Shown here piece by piece: positions 27,601 through 42,600 of a DNA stretch of 64,000 bases. The translations under genes and the position numbers were made by a program. This DNA comes from Phoronis australis (lineage: Eukaryota > Animalia > Phoronida): the NCBI GenBank assembly GCA_002633005.1, contig NMRA01000279.1, forward strand, positions 402,422-466,421, given 5' to 3'. The notes below the pieces were generated by a model that ran no database searches, had not been told where the DNA came from, and saw only the letters and a program-made list of their open reading frames with translations. Position 1 is the stretch's first letter. Every line of letters begins with the position of its first letter.

Positions 27601-30600
27601 TAGAAAACTATTTGCCACATTTCATGAAAATTACTAGAGAAAATCAAGATTCCGTATATACAGAGGCAAACATAAAAGTTACAGTACTCTAGGATGTATA
27701 GACGTGTTGGCAAGTTGATGGGACTACGCTTGCCAAATTTCACATAGATCCTGTACGGAGTTTCAGATGCAAAAAATGCCACTAGAGGGCACCCCAGAAA
27801 TCAGACCCGTTTGAAATCGAAGTCTGTCACGTTATTGTCAGCAGAAACATACCTATCACTTTTCACGATCCCCTGAGCGATTTGGCAAGATACAGAGACA
27901 AATGACATAAAAATGCCTCTAGCTGGTGTCATATCCATCCCAAAAATGGAAAGCTGCTGTGGTCTCCAAATTAGGCACCTATATGCCAAGTTTTGCGAAA
28001 AACTGTTTAGACATTATGAAGGTACAGAGGAAAACGTAAAAATTAAAACTGCCAGTAATGGGTAACAGAGACAGTCAAATCCGTCCAAAAGTCTTAGTCT
28101 TTTGTCACATTCATAAAAAACTCTTGCCACAAATTCCTACAGAGGAGCGAGAAGATACATCCACAAACCTGTCTGAAAATTGACGTCAGCCGTGATTTTC
28201 TCACACTGACTGGTCTTACAGTGCTAATACTCCTTCGAGTAGTTTGGCAGATAAAGAGGTGGACACCTACAGCAAAACAGTGATGAAATATGTGGAGTTC
28301 GTCCGAATATGAGGTCGCCCCTACCAGAAACCTATAAGCATTACCTCATGAAAATATAGCAAGGAGCTCTAAAGATACAATATGGGAAAGGTAACCTTAT
28401 AAAAAATGTCAATGTAGAGGGCACAACGGTTATTGGATTGGCCAAAAACTTGGTGCCATCTGTCGTCAGATTCACAAAAACATATCTGTCAAATCTCGTT
28501 AAGATTCTGCAAATTGTTTAGGCCGTCACAGCAGCTAGCAGACAGAGATCACTGCAATATGCCCCCTACATATTTGTAAATGTGAGCGCACTGAAAATGA
28601 ATCCTTGGACAATAACAAGACAGCAGTTAAACTGTTTCTAATAACGTTACCTGACAGGAGTAACTACATGATCCGTCCTTCATGTTTTTCCAGGTTACAA
28701 TCAAGACCCAGTTGGCACTGAAACTGGTGAAGTCGAAATTAATTCTGACGTCTCTGCTAGCGGTGGCTAAAATCTCTCTGTTGTAGTCCGAGTTACCGGA
28801 AGCTCGCACAATTTCAAGATAAGACACGGACGCCGAGCTATCCAAGCTTTGCTTTCTCCAGAACGGAGCCAGAAATGTCTTACGCAAAGTGTTAAATTTC
28901 CGTGGTCTTCCATCACCGATGTGGTTACTCAGGCCTATGAGCCCATCGAGCTTTACCTACGAATGTTTAAAGAAATCTTAGAGTTAGACATTAATTAGGA
29001 GTTATAAAGACATTTACATCAAACGTTCCATTTAAAAGTTGACGTTTTCGAAGGTTATAGAGGTTCAACGCTACACAAAGGCCGCCACAGGCTAACAATT
29101 GTGAGCTGAGATCCTTGCCTCAAAGGAAATGTAAACAACACGTTTACGTTTCCCACACACAGCGAGCGAAGTGAAATGCTCACTAACCCATCAATTTCTT
29201 TTCTTTCATCTGAGAAATGGTTTTCTCATTGCGTCCAGGTTCTCAATCACCCCAGTCAATTAATCTCGTTGGAAATGGCGTAAATATAGTGGACACACTT
29301 TCAATTAGCCAGAGTGATAAATTTTTTTACTGGGTGATGCAATAATTAATTTGCAAAGATTACCGAAGATATTCGGCTAAGTGCCTAGCGAACCTCATTG
29401 TCAGGAGTTTCGATTGCCAACACGAGGGACACTCACGTGCCAAAACCCTGACCCGGTCCATTTTGCTGCTGGCTTTAACCTATGAGCTGTGCTGCACTCA
29501 AAATGCATTATTATCTTTCTGCGGTGGTACTGCATAAAGTCTATCTTGTTTCCGCACTGTTAACTGTGGGTGGCGGCAGGACGAAACCAATTAATGCATG
29601 CAGAGCTCAATCGATTAAAGTTTGACGGTTCAGTTACTAAAATGTGAACGTGGAACATCTGCATTAGCGTGCGTGCTTTTAAAGTGTTTTCTATGTAAAC
29701 AATTATAAAATGGTTAATTTAACATTACCTGTATAGAAAAATGAGTTTTATCAAACATCTTGAACCCTCCGACGTATCTCAATTTTGCAACATCAAGCCA
29801 ATGCGAGGAACTGAAGGATTTTTCTTCCACTGTGTTCACACGGTACAAGTTTCCTCGTGGACCAACGACTGAAACGGGAACACCTCACGTACGTATAGTG
29901 ATACAGGAAGAGTGCTGATTACTACAGATGGCAGACACAGCAATTATTTATATCAAAGCAAGCGGACACATCTAACAAATTTTCTCAGTATATTAGACTT
30001 GTGTGTCTCATATATTTTCATTTATTGTTAATACGTAATCCACATGACAAATAAATTACCCACGTACTTCTATATTTTGTGCCAATGGCCTTTAACAAAT
30101 TGAATAACTGCAAAACAATGGTGATCATAACGGTGACATCATTTCTTAAAGGGACCATAAGGTATACCCACACAGTTCACATTTTTTTCCAGCAAACCCT
30201 CGGTGGCATTGACATTCATAGGACAACACGTGATCAACGCACTTGCCGTCATTCAGACACTGAGAATCTCCAGACGAACAGCTTTCTATGTCTGAAAAAG
30301 GAAAAAAAGAACAAAACAAGGTTAAGTAAGCAGTTTGCAAAATGAACTAGGTTGACTTCGGCATAATTCTGACAGACTTGGCCAAACTGGGATAAACTTC
30401 TTGCCAGACTTAGCAAATTGTATCGAAATGAACAACATCTTCATCGATGCTTTGTCCGAATTTAAACGTGACATTATTGCGCCTTAGCTACTACTTGCTT
30501 TTTGTGCAATTGATTTCCGCACAAAATTTTCTTGATTTCAACATCATGGACGGAGGAACACCAGCCGATATTTAGCAAAAACTGAAACGGATTGTAGTCG

Positions 30601-33600
30601 AACATAAATTGATAATTAGTCGCGTTTTTGAGCGTCGAAACTTACAAATTTCGACGTTGTTTAGTTAATCATTTAACTGTAGCTCTTGAAGAGGTAGTGA
30701 CAGAATTGGCTCAAAATGGAGGCAGCGATTAACATATTATTACAACTTTGTATTTATTCAACCAACTCCACGAATTAGGATTAAACTTTGTAGAAGAGGA
30801 TATTTTAGCACTAACAAAATGAAGATTTAAAGTCTCTAGCTCAAATGACTAAACCACATACTGCAAGTGCATGGCTGCCACTTCCCTACAGAGAACCACA
30901 AGCTCGTTACCAATTAAATGACACATATCCTTATTTTCTAGTTAAATGGCATTTAGCGGGTCATTCAGGGGTGCAAGGGCACGTACACCCAAAAGCTCAC
31001 GCTCATGCAACTGGCGTATCGAGAAAACAACAGCGTATGTTTGAACGGTGAACAAATAGTCATCGTGTAAGTCAAGATACTCATCACATATTGGTTTGTC
31101 ACTCCATGCCATTTCATGTTTGATCTGCGTCTGTATTTGTATGTTTGAGTAAACAGCATGATGACGATACATCTGGCTTAGTCTTGGTTTTTTGACACAA
31201 GACGCGTTTTTACACCTCAAGAGCAAGATTGAGATTGATCGCCACTCAAATGTCAATACGGATTCAGAGCATCACCTACTTGAGACGGGTTCATACGAAA
31301 TGTTATGAACATGGAAATCCCCCAGCTTGATTGGTAGGGCCATGCTGGATAAAGCTGCCTTGATTGCCGGTTCCCCTAATTCATTGAATCTACCTCCGTA
31401 GGTGACCCTGATAAGACGGTTGCTACGTTTGCTGCAAAACACAATGGTTAAGCTAACGAGGTTGACGTAACCAATAGACAATATTTTGGGGCAATGGGTT
31501 ATTTAAAACTTTTGACTGATATAACGTTTGAATAGAACTACTGAAATTTGGTACGGTCAATTAACAGAGTCATCATTTTCGGAGAGTAACTATTGAAAAT
31601 GTAGTCATTCCATAGACCATCACCCAAGATTTGCTAGTGGGTGCTTGTAGTTAGATTTCCTCACAATTTGTGAACTTCAAGGAAGTGTAGAATTTCCGTG
31701 AAATTAATACCGATAATTTACTGCCCATGCAGTTTTCAAGAAGGGTTTATTGATAAGGCGATACAAATAGTTAGGACTGTGGTTGTAATAAACAAAAAAC
31801 AGCGGTCATACTATAACACCGGGCACAGCTGCTTTTCAAGTAGTTAATGCAGGTTTTTTGTTACGAATGCAGACTGATTTTAAATTAGTATCTTGGTCAC
31901 CGTGACTCAGGATACTGAATTATGACTTCAAGGTAACAATTCCACTCACGTTAATTTACAGTTGGTATCAATCCAAAGGTTGAGATTTGCGGCGACGACC
32001 ATTTCCAACAGACTGTGTCGGATTGAGGAGCATGTTTGCACATAATGGAAAGACTCTTCGTCCAACAAATTCGCATCAAAAGATACCGAGATATCCATGA
32101 AGACTACAACAAGTTCTGAAATGAATGGCAAAGAGATCCTAATATGTAAACCAGTTCTTGCTGTTACTGAGCAACAATATATGCCAAATGCAACAATATA
32201 TAGCCCGAACAACGACAGACATTCGTTGCTGCCCATGCGAAAATTCATGTCGGGTGCGACAACATGTACACTTAACACCGACACATATTGTAGACATCCA
32301 AATGTAAAGCGAGTCGGCATGGTGTTGAAACTCTCAATGGTGTTTTTGTTCACAACACTTGGGATTCGATACAGTTGGGGTCTCGTTCATGTGAGAATTG
32401 ATTCTAGCATGGCTGGAATTTTATGTCATCCTACATGTGCAGGTAATTGTAGAACTGCATTGCCTCTACGGTGCTCTCGGGTTTTCAAATGAAAAGCAAT
32501 TTGGCGTTAGGAGCATAAGATTGACTGTGAAAAAAATATCAACGAAATTTGTTCCTCAACAGTTTATAGATCATAAATGTTGGTTATTTTGACTAAAGTC
32601 CAACCGTATCCTTACTCTGTATCAGAATAACTTTTGGCTTTAGCTTAGATTTTAAATGCTGCTTTAAATTTGGTCTTAAGGAGTTACATGAAGCGGGGAT
32701 AAGACATTTTGGTCTTAAGTCACCCCAACTTAGGTCTAAGTCAAAACAGAAAAAAGACCCCTTTAACGGAACCCAGGTTTAGATTAAGTTTGCATCTTGG
32801 ATGGAAAGTGGGCTAATAGTTTGTCACATGCATGAAGGACACTGTCGATGAATTTTTATTGATAAATTCACCAGAAAATGGAGTAATATTTTAAGATGCC
32901 ACCAATATAAGAGCATCGTTGAGACAGATGTTTGGAATCTTAGAACATTAAAACACACTCTAATTTGTCCTGTGCTAGGATTCATTTCATAAATTTTTTA
33001 TTAACAATTAGATTTGCACTTTTGACGAGTGCTAAAATAGATGCCTTATGACTTAACCCACCTGTGTAGAATACATGAGGTTTGGCTAGTACGCACTGGG
33101 TCAGGTTGCCACAACTGTAGGTGATCCCATCGGTGGCACAGTCACCGAGGCTGCGACTACCGTCCATGTGACCAGCGACCATCTTCTCATTGCCATCCAA
33201 GGTCATCCTCCGCATGTAGTCGGACAGTTTAACCCACTCAGTGATGTTTTTGAAAGAAGGAAATTCTGTCTGATCCAACTCTAACGAGGAGTAGGTAACT
33301 TGAATAAACGGTACACCTCGGGTGACGCGCACGTGATCAGTGAGCTGGGGTATAGTATGATTGCGCAGTAGCCATTCGTTGGTGGTAGCTTTGTAGTGAA
33401 GTTTGAGAGTAGAGCAGTCTGAAACATGCATCAGGGCTCTAATTAAGTCAGCCCGGTATACCTTTCTCTGCATAAGCCTAAACCCCACATGTCTGTGAAT
33501 CAGTAATTAAGTTGACTTATTTAATATTTAACATTTACAATTTCTTCACCTTTGTTCAATTACTGAGAAACTCTTGACGCGCCAAAATCAATTCAAATTA

Positions 33601-36600
33601 TTCTCATCGTTTGACGCTGATAGTCACGTAAAGGGACACATCAATGAGTTGACCACCTTTAATACCATACTGGCACAAGAAGAGTGTAAGCTTCCAATTT
33701 TTAACAACATGGTTAACTATGAAAGTCAATGTTACCTGGCTTCGCACATGGTTTTCTGATACCTGCAAAATATAATGCACAGTTAAATTCATTGCAAATC
33801 ACTTTTGTTTGATACCAATTACGTTGTCTCTAATAAACATCGCAGACATTCACTCGTGACTGATTCTAAGTCGTTATGGTTCAGAAAAAATGTTTGGCAT
33901 GCTGATTATGTAATTATCGCCATCAAAATTGTTGCAGCTGGAGAGTATTAGGGAATTGGGGCCCAGGCTGTCCCATAATGAAGTTTTCTTGATCAAACAA
34001 CGAGGAAGCATTATATATTTCATTTCTTTAATTTATACGCACCAGGATGGAAATTGCTGACCTTTTTGTTTCTGTACCAACTACACACTCAGAAACATTT
34101 CAAAAATATTTTTCATAAGATTCTAATTAGTTGATTAAGTCGCTTTTGCAGTGCACAATACATAAACAAGCCAATTAAAAAGTTCCGTTTTCTTTCACTG
34201 CAAGTGCTAAACCTTCGACAGGTTTACTTTGGTGACCATTGGAAACTAATCTGAGGGTCATCTACCTTGAATCATGTCATCTAACGGTTGCAGGACACTG
34301 CCAACCATGAACGTGTCTACCTCCCTGGATGCCGCAGAGATTGCTGATGTTATGTTATTCAGCATTTTCCAACGAAGCACAGGCAAGGTTGCTTTTATAT
34401 ATCGAAATACGCAGTCAAGTACACTGAAAGGTCAAACACAGTCATGAAGAACATACCAATCAATCAACAAAAAAGCACCGAAAGCCAATCTGAGGTACTC
34501 TCCAGCAGTCATCAATGCCCTAGCTTTCACATCTGCACTCGTCCACACAAATGTGGAATGTTGTAGAATCACAAGACCTTCTTTGGAAATGTCTACCAAA
34601 TGCAATTTCTTTGACCTTAATTAATCGCTATCTTATTAACACATTCTATAGTGCTTACAAACAAAGAATAACAAGATAACAGTTTTCGTTTTGCTCACAT
34701 TTCAGCTATTTTTTAAAACACGTGACAATAAATAATGATTGTGAGCTGTATCAAAATATATTCAATTTGTGACCTTAAAAATGAGGTCAAACGTCGCCAA
34801 TATTTTCTGGATAAGAGAGGCCTCACCTATAACTTGGAACAAAATATAAACAGAATCAAAGGCTAGGACTATATTGAAAGCTATTTCTCAATGTGTCAAC
34901 AAAGGTTAGGTTTATATGCAGAATGTTAAACCTACCTCCAGGAAAACAACACCTTGAAAACACAGACATCCACACTATTTCTCGCGAGCTTAATGTGTTT
35001 TATGGATCACCAATTAACATAAGGATTTGAAAAAATAACTTCATGCATAATATTTAGTAGTAATCTGCAGCATGAAGCTTTGTCTCCTTTTGTGTTCCGA
35101 AAATCAAACAAGATGTGTAAAATGCATGAACTGTCTCAGATGGCAACGGTTTTAGGTAGACGTACATTAATGACCTCCAACTCCTTGCAAATCTCACTTT
35201 CACCCATCAGGGATCTACAACATGTCCACAATAGTTATTCTAGTTACTTACTGATCTGTTCCCTTGCACGAAGCTGTCGCGACTAAATTTACTCTCATGA
35301 TAACGTGTGACCATACAGTTGAGTTAAACCAAGGCTTGTTGGAGGATGTTGGACTTGTTATTGTGCCTATTAGCGCCATCACAGAAGCTGGCAGGTCGTC
35401 GACTGACTGTCTCAGTTCGTCGATAAAAGCAGACTCGTTAAATGACTGGCCATCGTACTTTTGGAACACCTGAAATAAATGAGTGACACACAGTGGCATG
35501 ATGCCCGTTATGATGTCGAAAGACTGAATGCAGTCCACAACACAAGCACAATGAGACACACTCCAAGTAAGAGTGCCGTGGTGCAGCCATAACTTAGGCA
35601 TCTTCCATAACCATAAATTCTACCTCAGCCATTTGATTAGGTGACATTGTTTGAGGTTTAACTGTTTGACCACAAGTATTCTGTCACGTTATTGATTGCC
35701 TTAAGACTTGTTGGCAGGCACGCTGCACGGGCCACGCAATCACTGGACCAACTAAAAACAGGAACTACAGAGATGCGGATAAAAAGGTCCGTTGCAAGTA
35801 CAACAGTCACTCTCTCCCATCCTGTAACTACTTGAAGTTGATGTTTTATTAACAGTCTTGGCAATTTGCTTTGGAATGCAAAACACTTATAGACATGCAA
35901 GAACTCAGTTGACCGCAAATGAGAATGACTCGGCCATAATACCATGCCAAGGTCTGTGAATGATGTATCCCCACAGACATCATCTCATCTTGGAGTAACA
36001 AATAACCTCTAATAACACAATGTCCACTCTGGATTACGATATTCCTGACAAGAGCTTTGCCTAGACAATCCCTCTGCAGTTGCCATGCGCACTATAAGCT
36101 CAGCAGTTGAGCACTAGATATCTGCTGTCTGAGGAAGAGATTGAAGGAATCGTCAAATACATGACGTAGAAGCACAGATGTGCACCTGGCAGTTTTCTCT
36201 TGTAGGCACCACCTGGGAACTGCCAATTGTCTATCACTCACCAGCTGATAGAGCGCTTTAACCATCTTGTTGTTGTCAGCCAGACTTGCCAACTCTTCCT
36301 CCAACTTCACAGTGTCAATTTCACAGACTAGTTGAGTCAGGGGATTGTCGCCAATCACACCGTAGAGGGTCGTTGACTTGTCACACGCGTCTTGATCTTG
36401 CAACGCTTTGGTGAACTTGGCCAGCTTGAACGATACAGCGATATTGCAGATACTAATCACGACTAGAGTTCACATTAGAACGATCTGCACCGTACTGACG
36501 AAAGAGAGCAATAAACCCGAGACTGATCCACCACTGGCGTTATCAAGACAAAGCAATCAAGTGACTTGGTACGTATTCTTATTATTTTTGTTATTCCCAG

Positions 36601-39600
36601 CTATAAGCACCAGAATCCGAGACCGTTTGGATTTCGTGATTAAAAGACTGACGTAGTCCACGTTTGCCCAAGTTGCCCAAGTTTAAACAGGACGTACCTT
36701 AACATGGTCAAGAAGTACACCAACGGTCTTTTCAAATATGGTAGGTAGATCGTAAACCAAAAGGTGAACTATCTTCTTCATCTCGACAGTGTTGCTAAAT
36801 ACTGTCGACAGGTAGTCCATAGAACCTGGTAAATAAATATGGAACTGTTCAGAGAAAATGATGCCCGCATAAATTTGAGAAATATGTCAATAAAGCCTCG
36901 CTACTGAAAAGTCGCACTTCCTGGGCCTGGCCGGTGTCCAATTTAATGAAATGAAATCGAGCTCAAAATTCTTTTTCCCATTTCTATTTCACTGTATTGC
37001 AAATTACTCAAGACAAGTGGCTTATTGCTCTATTATCAACTATGCAAGTTTGCACTTGATGACCCTTTATTCGTGCTACAAATTCGAGCAAAAACTCGAC
37101 ATTTCGAGTTCAGATTCAAACTTTTAGCCTTAATATTGGGGTCGTCAAGTACATACAGGGATTATAGTTATCGTGAGTTTGCACAAAAGCAGAATAGGCA
37201 ATGCCAAAAAGAATTTCGAGTTCGATTACAAGTTAAGAGATTATTGGACTAAGAGGCCTGGTTTCAACATTGTTGTAATCGTGAATTACCTTGAAATCTG
37301 TGGAAATAATTTCATGCAGAACTCGTCAAGTTTTCGCACTGCAGCTTTACTAATTACCTCCAAGCCCTTTCAGCAATTCATTTATTAAGATGACTACATC
37401 GTGTAGACTGAGGAAGCCGATGTTTTGTTCCGCAGTCAGTGTGTTGGGAATGGGAAGACGAAGATAATCAAGGTACGTCTTTATATTCTGCGGCAACATT
37501 CTGGAATAAAAAACAATGAGTTACTAAGACATTGTATTTACAGCCGTATAAACTTCAATTTGAGTTAACGTGCACGTTGAGTTTGAATCACAGTAGGAAC
37601 ATATCTGTCCATTTTCATAATGATCCCTGAGTGAAGTGGCCATCATTGTATCCTTAATAGAAACATAGAGATCAAATGCTACGAAAATCCACCAAAATGT
37701 CCGAATATACAGAGGCAAACCTAACAAGAGCAACGCAAAGCGTTGAAATGCGACCACGAATGCATCGCAAACGGTGTGCTTCTAGAGCTGTTTATTTGTA
37801 TCATACAAATGGCCACTAGATGGCCCAAAACGTCCAATTCATCCGAAAAAGGAAAATTCCATCGCTTGAATTTACCAAACTTCATAAAAATCTGTCAAGG
37901 AGCTTAAAGGAAAACGGAAAAAATAGAAAATGCCACTAGGGGGCACAGCGTTCGATGGATCTGCCTGAAAGTCGTCATCTATTGTTAGCTATATATAAAT
38001 ACATTTGCTAAATTTAATAAAGATCCTGCAGCGGGTTTAGGAGATACAGCTAAGGGCGCAAAACACAACAAAACTACCACTAGGAGGCGAGGCGCCACCA
38101 CAGTCAAAGTCGTCAGCATCAACCGCCTGTCCTCTTCACATTGAGAACATATTCGTCAATTTTCAAAATTATCCTAAGAATGGTTTGGTTGATAGAAGGG
38201 TGGACGCCAATAAAAAACAGACGCGAAAACAGCAAAAATAGCCACCAGATGACACAAAAAACCTCGAAGCCATCAGAAAACAGGAGAATAGAGTAATCTC
38301 ACCAATAGATGTCAACATTCCAAACTTTATGAAATCCCATTGAGGAACTTTGAAGATACAGAAGTACACGTAATTAACTAAAATTGCCACTAGGCGGCAC
38401 ACTGGTAGTCAGACCTGTAAAAAAGTGATCGTCGTCTGTTGTCACCATCATACAAATACACTTGCCAAATTTAGTAAAGATCCTGCAAACGGTTTAGGAG
38501 AAACAGGAATTGGCGCCACAGAAATAAAACTGCCACTAATCGGCGCAACAGTAGTCGAAGTCGTCGGAAAATCATCGTCAGCCATCCTCTTAATAGTAAG
38601 AAATAAATACATGTCAATTTTCACAATCATCCTTACAGAGGTTTGGTTGACTGAGAGGTGGATGCCAAAAAACAGACACGAAAACAGTAAAAATGACCAT
38701 TAGGTGGCGAAACTACGTCAGATCCATCCTAAAACAGGAGAATATTGTCATTGCCTACATGCTAAATTTTATGAAAATACGTTGAGGACCTTTGAAGATA
38801 TAGATGTAATGTAAAAAATCAAAAATTGCCACAAGGGGGCACACCGGTAGTCGAGTCCATCCGAAAGTCAGCTTATGCCGTTCCATCTAAGAAAGGAACA
38901 CTGTGGTCAACTCAAATTAAGGAATTTGGAGATAGAGGAGCTGATGCCGGACGGACGCCGGACGGATGGAGATGACTGCATTTTTGCGTCCCCATGTAAA
39001 TATATGGGCGCATAAAAAGTGAAAATTGTCACTAGGCGGCACAACAGTAGTCAGGTCTTCGTTCATAGTGATCCATTGTGTCAGTAACAATCACCAAGCC
39101 ATTTCCACCAGTATTATCTGTAAAGAACCTATGTATGAATTATTTTACATTAAAGAGTCGTTGGCCATTAGGACCTGAGCATGCTGCTGGTTCTCTGAAT
39201 AACATGCAGAGCTCACTAACCCTACAGCTATGGTGATGACCTGTTTACTATTTCCTGTCATTCTTGTTGCATTTATACTTCACTTCATGGATTTAACTTG
39301 ACTCATATGTCGACACTTGATGTCTGTGTTTGTATCCTGATGTCTAATGAATATACGATACATGTACGTCAAATCAATATGAACGTTTTCATTTGTGTGG
39401 CTATTGTCCGTTTTTTATTTTATTATGGTTAAAACTGATATAATTATATGAATGGAATAAAGTTCTAGAACAGGCAGGTTGTTTTATTGAAGGCAGACGA
39501 TAAAATATGGAACGCATGCATACAAAGTTAGCAAGTCAATATCACTACACACAAGTGCAATCGTAAGATATGCCCACAGACAGAAAATAGTACTGGGAGA

Positions 39601-42600
39601 AAGACCGCTCGACAACGTTTGAATACGAAATGCTTGGTGAAATGATCACAAATGCAACCAATGAAAACAACAGCATTTAGTGTCACCACGGAAACACGGT
39701 GGTGTGTAAGAATACATGCTAAACAAGCTGCACTGAACACTGATTTGCGTGGATGAAACACGCTTCCCCAATTCTACTCACGCGATATTAGTCCACCTGT
39801 TAGCATAAGACATCACTTTTTCCAAAGGTTTTTCCCAGAACCTTCCACTAATCCACTCTGGATCACGGTACCGTTTTGATCCAATCCTTCCCAGTGGAGT
39901 AAACAACTTAATGAGTTCTTTTACGTCCTCCACAAACTTAGGCGGATCAAAGCGTACGGCATACGTGTAACTGGGCTTCATGAACTGAAAAACACATAGC
40001 CATTTCCATCAAGTACAAGGACAATTAAGTTAAGTTTCCAAGGAGATGACGAATGTCAATCTCGAATCAAATTAAGACATTCGGTCCATCCACTCATCTG
40101 TCCATTAATTTACAAACCTTATCAAATCCCAGTAAATCAACGTTTTTATTAATTGAACAGAAGCAACTTCTTGAAGAAATGTAGATTGAGATCACCACAG
40201 TGTAGGTAAAACAAAAAGATCTAAAACGCAAACTATAAATTTTCACAAATACTAAATTTCAGCATAACCATCGAAATTTGCTGTACACCTGTTTGGGGCA
40301 TTAATAATACGTGAACTGCATAGGAAATCAGTAGTACGTACCCATATCTTGATGTCATCCATCACTTTATGAAGACCAAGCTCCCGCCAGAGGGCGCCAT
40401 ACACAAGGTCGTGGCAAAACAGGTCCAGAATGTTCTTCACTGTAGTCCCACCTTCGATGACGACGTAGCCCTCCAGGAACGACGTGTCACTGCATATACC
40501 CTTAGAATCACTTAGAAGGACATCTAGGACTTTGTCTAGCATGTCTTGCATCTACAATAAAGAGCCAAGGTTGGGTGGATGGGCAATTCCATTTGTGACG
40601 GACGGTTTGTTCGCTAGTGAATTGTGAACGGTCCCTAATACATAACACTTGTCCTTTTCAAAATTTCTGGAGAGATATAGCTTCGCTCATTTTAAAAGAT
40701 CCAGAACTCATGCAAAATATTGAAAGCTAAGTGCTCAAAACTGTTGTGACCAATTAATACAAGAACTCGTTTTTTAAAATGAAGAGCATGATCGATATGT
40801 TGGTTTGACATTGTGAAGAAGACGTCAAACTGTGGACACATTGTATTTGTACCAGAACAGCCCAAGTTACCCTGGGTCTGAGATTCCCACGTTGGGACAG
40901 TCGAGTATTATCCTCTTACCCTCATGGAAAGAGTAACTTATTAATGGTTGTAGTTGTAAACGACCTCTATAAATGACTTACAGATTTAAAAATGTTTTTT
41001 AAGAATATGAGCACAACCTTGGAAATTTCTTTCGCATTATGTGTACATTCACCAGTGAGGCCGAGGTCAGTGGAGTAGAAGACACCTTTGTGCGATGCTT
41101 GATTGTCAGCCAGTAAATCCGGGATTCGAACCCGGGTCTCCCAAATGGGAGTCCAGAGCTCAAACCTCTAAGCCACACTGTTTCTTACACACTTAAAGCA
41201 TTTAAAGTACAATTAGCAGTGAGTGTTGAATTCTTAACCAAAGAGGTTTGGGGTTTAAAACATTTCCACTTTCACCCGATTTTTTATTGTAGCTGAATGA
41301 GCTAGATAACAACTTGAGTCACGGGCAAAGCATATCATGGGCCTTTTTCAAATTCATAATTTTATAGGCTTGTCAATGTAGAATAGCCGATGTTTCAGGT
41401 AAAATGCGATATATTTCTTGGAACGGACTAAAACAATACAACACTAAATGGCTGCTCACTGAAGACTCCCCAAAGAGAGGCTGTCAACTCAAATACTAAA
41501 ACTACTCAATAGCTGTCACTGCAAGACAGTACATCACCGTCAACCACAATAAGCTCTGAAACGTTTTCTTAAGGCGCTGATGGATTAATGTTCTTGTTGG
41601 AAGAACTGGCAGATTGTTACTGCTGGAGAGCATCATGCTTGGCAATTTGAACTCAATGCGGTAATACCTGTAATACCTGTCACGGACAGGATCATTGGGG
41701 ATATGCTGGTGCATTAATTTCCTCCCCAGACCATCCCCGTGACAGCAGAAGGCGCAGAACTCCAGGGCTGACGTTGCCTGTAAGCATTTGATTAGACAGC
41801 ACTCGGGCACGGCCCTTCTTGTGACTCTTCGCAGCATGGCCATAAATAATACCTGCTTCAAGCAGGCGGCTGCCATCATTGAACTCAGCCGGCAGGGATG
41901 CAGTCTGCTCGAGGTTGCATTTGCGAGCCAGCAGCTTAACGTCAGCCGAATATAAGTAGAGGGGTTGGTTGGTGGTGCATGAGCCAGCGAGGTAATCTGC
42001 ACGCTCACTAATCAAGACACCGGCCAGGTACGAAAGACCAGATCACCACATGACGAGGGTGGCGTGATCGGAAGACACCTCAGTTGGCTGGGAGGTTTCC
42101 AGATTGAACTTTCATCAACACTGCCATGGAATCGGTGGCAAAGATAATGGTGTGATTCTCCAGGTCTAGGAGTGACAGCTTGGTTAGGGCACGTTGTATA
42201 GCCTCAAACTCCATCCGCGTACTGCTTGTGTATATATGGTGGCAGCCACTACCTTCCGCAATGACGTTGTTAGCACAGCGTATTTGATAGCCCCATCCAG
42301 CACGATTAGTTTCACCATCGAAGGATCCATCAGTTGCTACAATGATGGCATTAATACCGCCAAGATCACGCCATTGCTGACGGCACAATGCTTGGGCTAC
42401 TCCAGGAGGCCATTCCCGAGCTTCCCTGTTGAAAGCAACGATGACATTCGGAACTCAATGCGGTATAAGGCTACTGTACTGCCTGATCTCAGTCTTTCCA
42501 AGCCCTGAATTATTGCTTTATATATTATATGTGTCATGGAACAGCAGGTAGGTTGCCTACATCAATTGTGGGCTTTGCTGAAGTCGAGATTATCAGCTTG

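Noticed and set aside
33462-33492. Possible small exon [10 protein letters not shown]
   Set aside because: Wrong exit phase and only a ~43-bp intron to the next exon.
41116-41180. Functional tRNA gene (also considered at 55803-55870)
   Set aside because: A and B boxes are present but there are no intact acceptor or anticodon stems; better explained as SINE heads.
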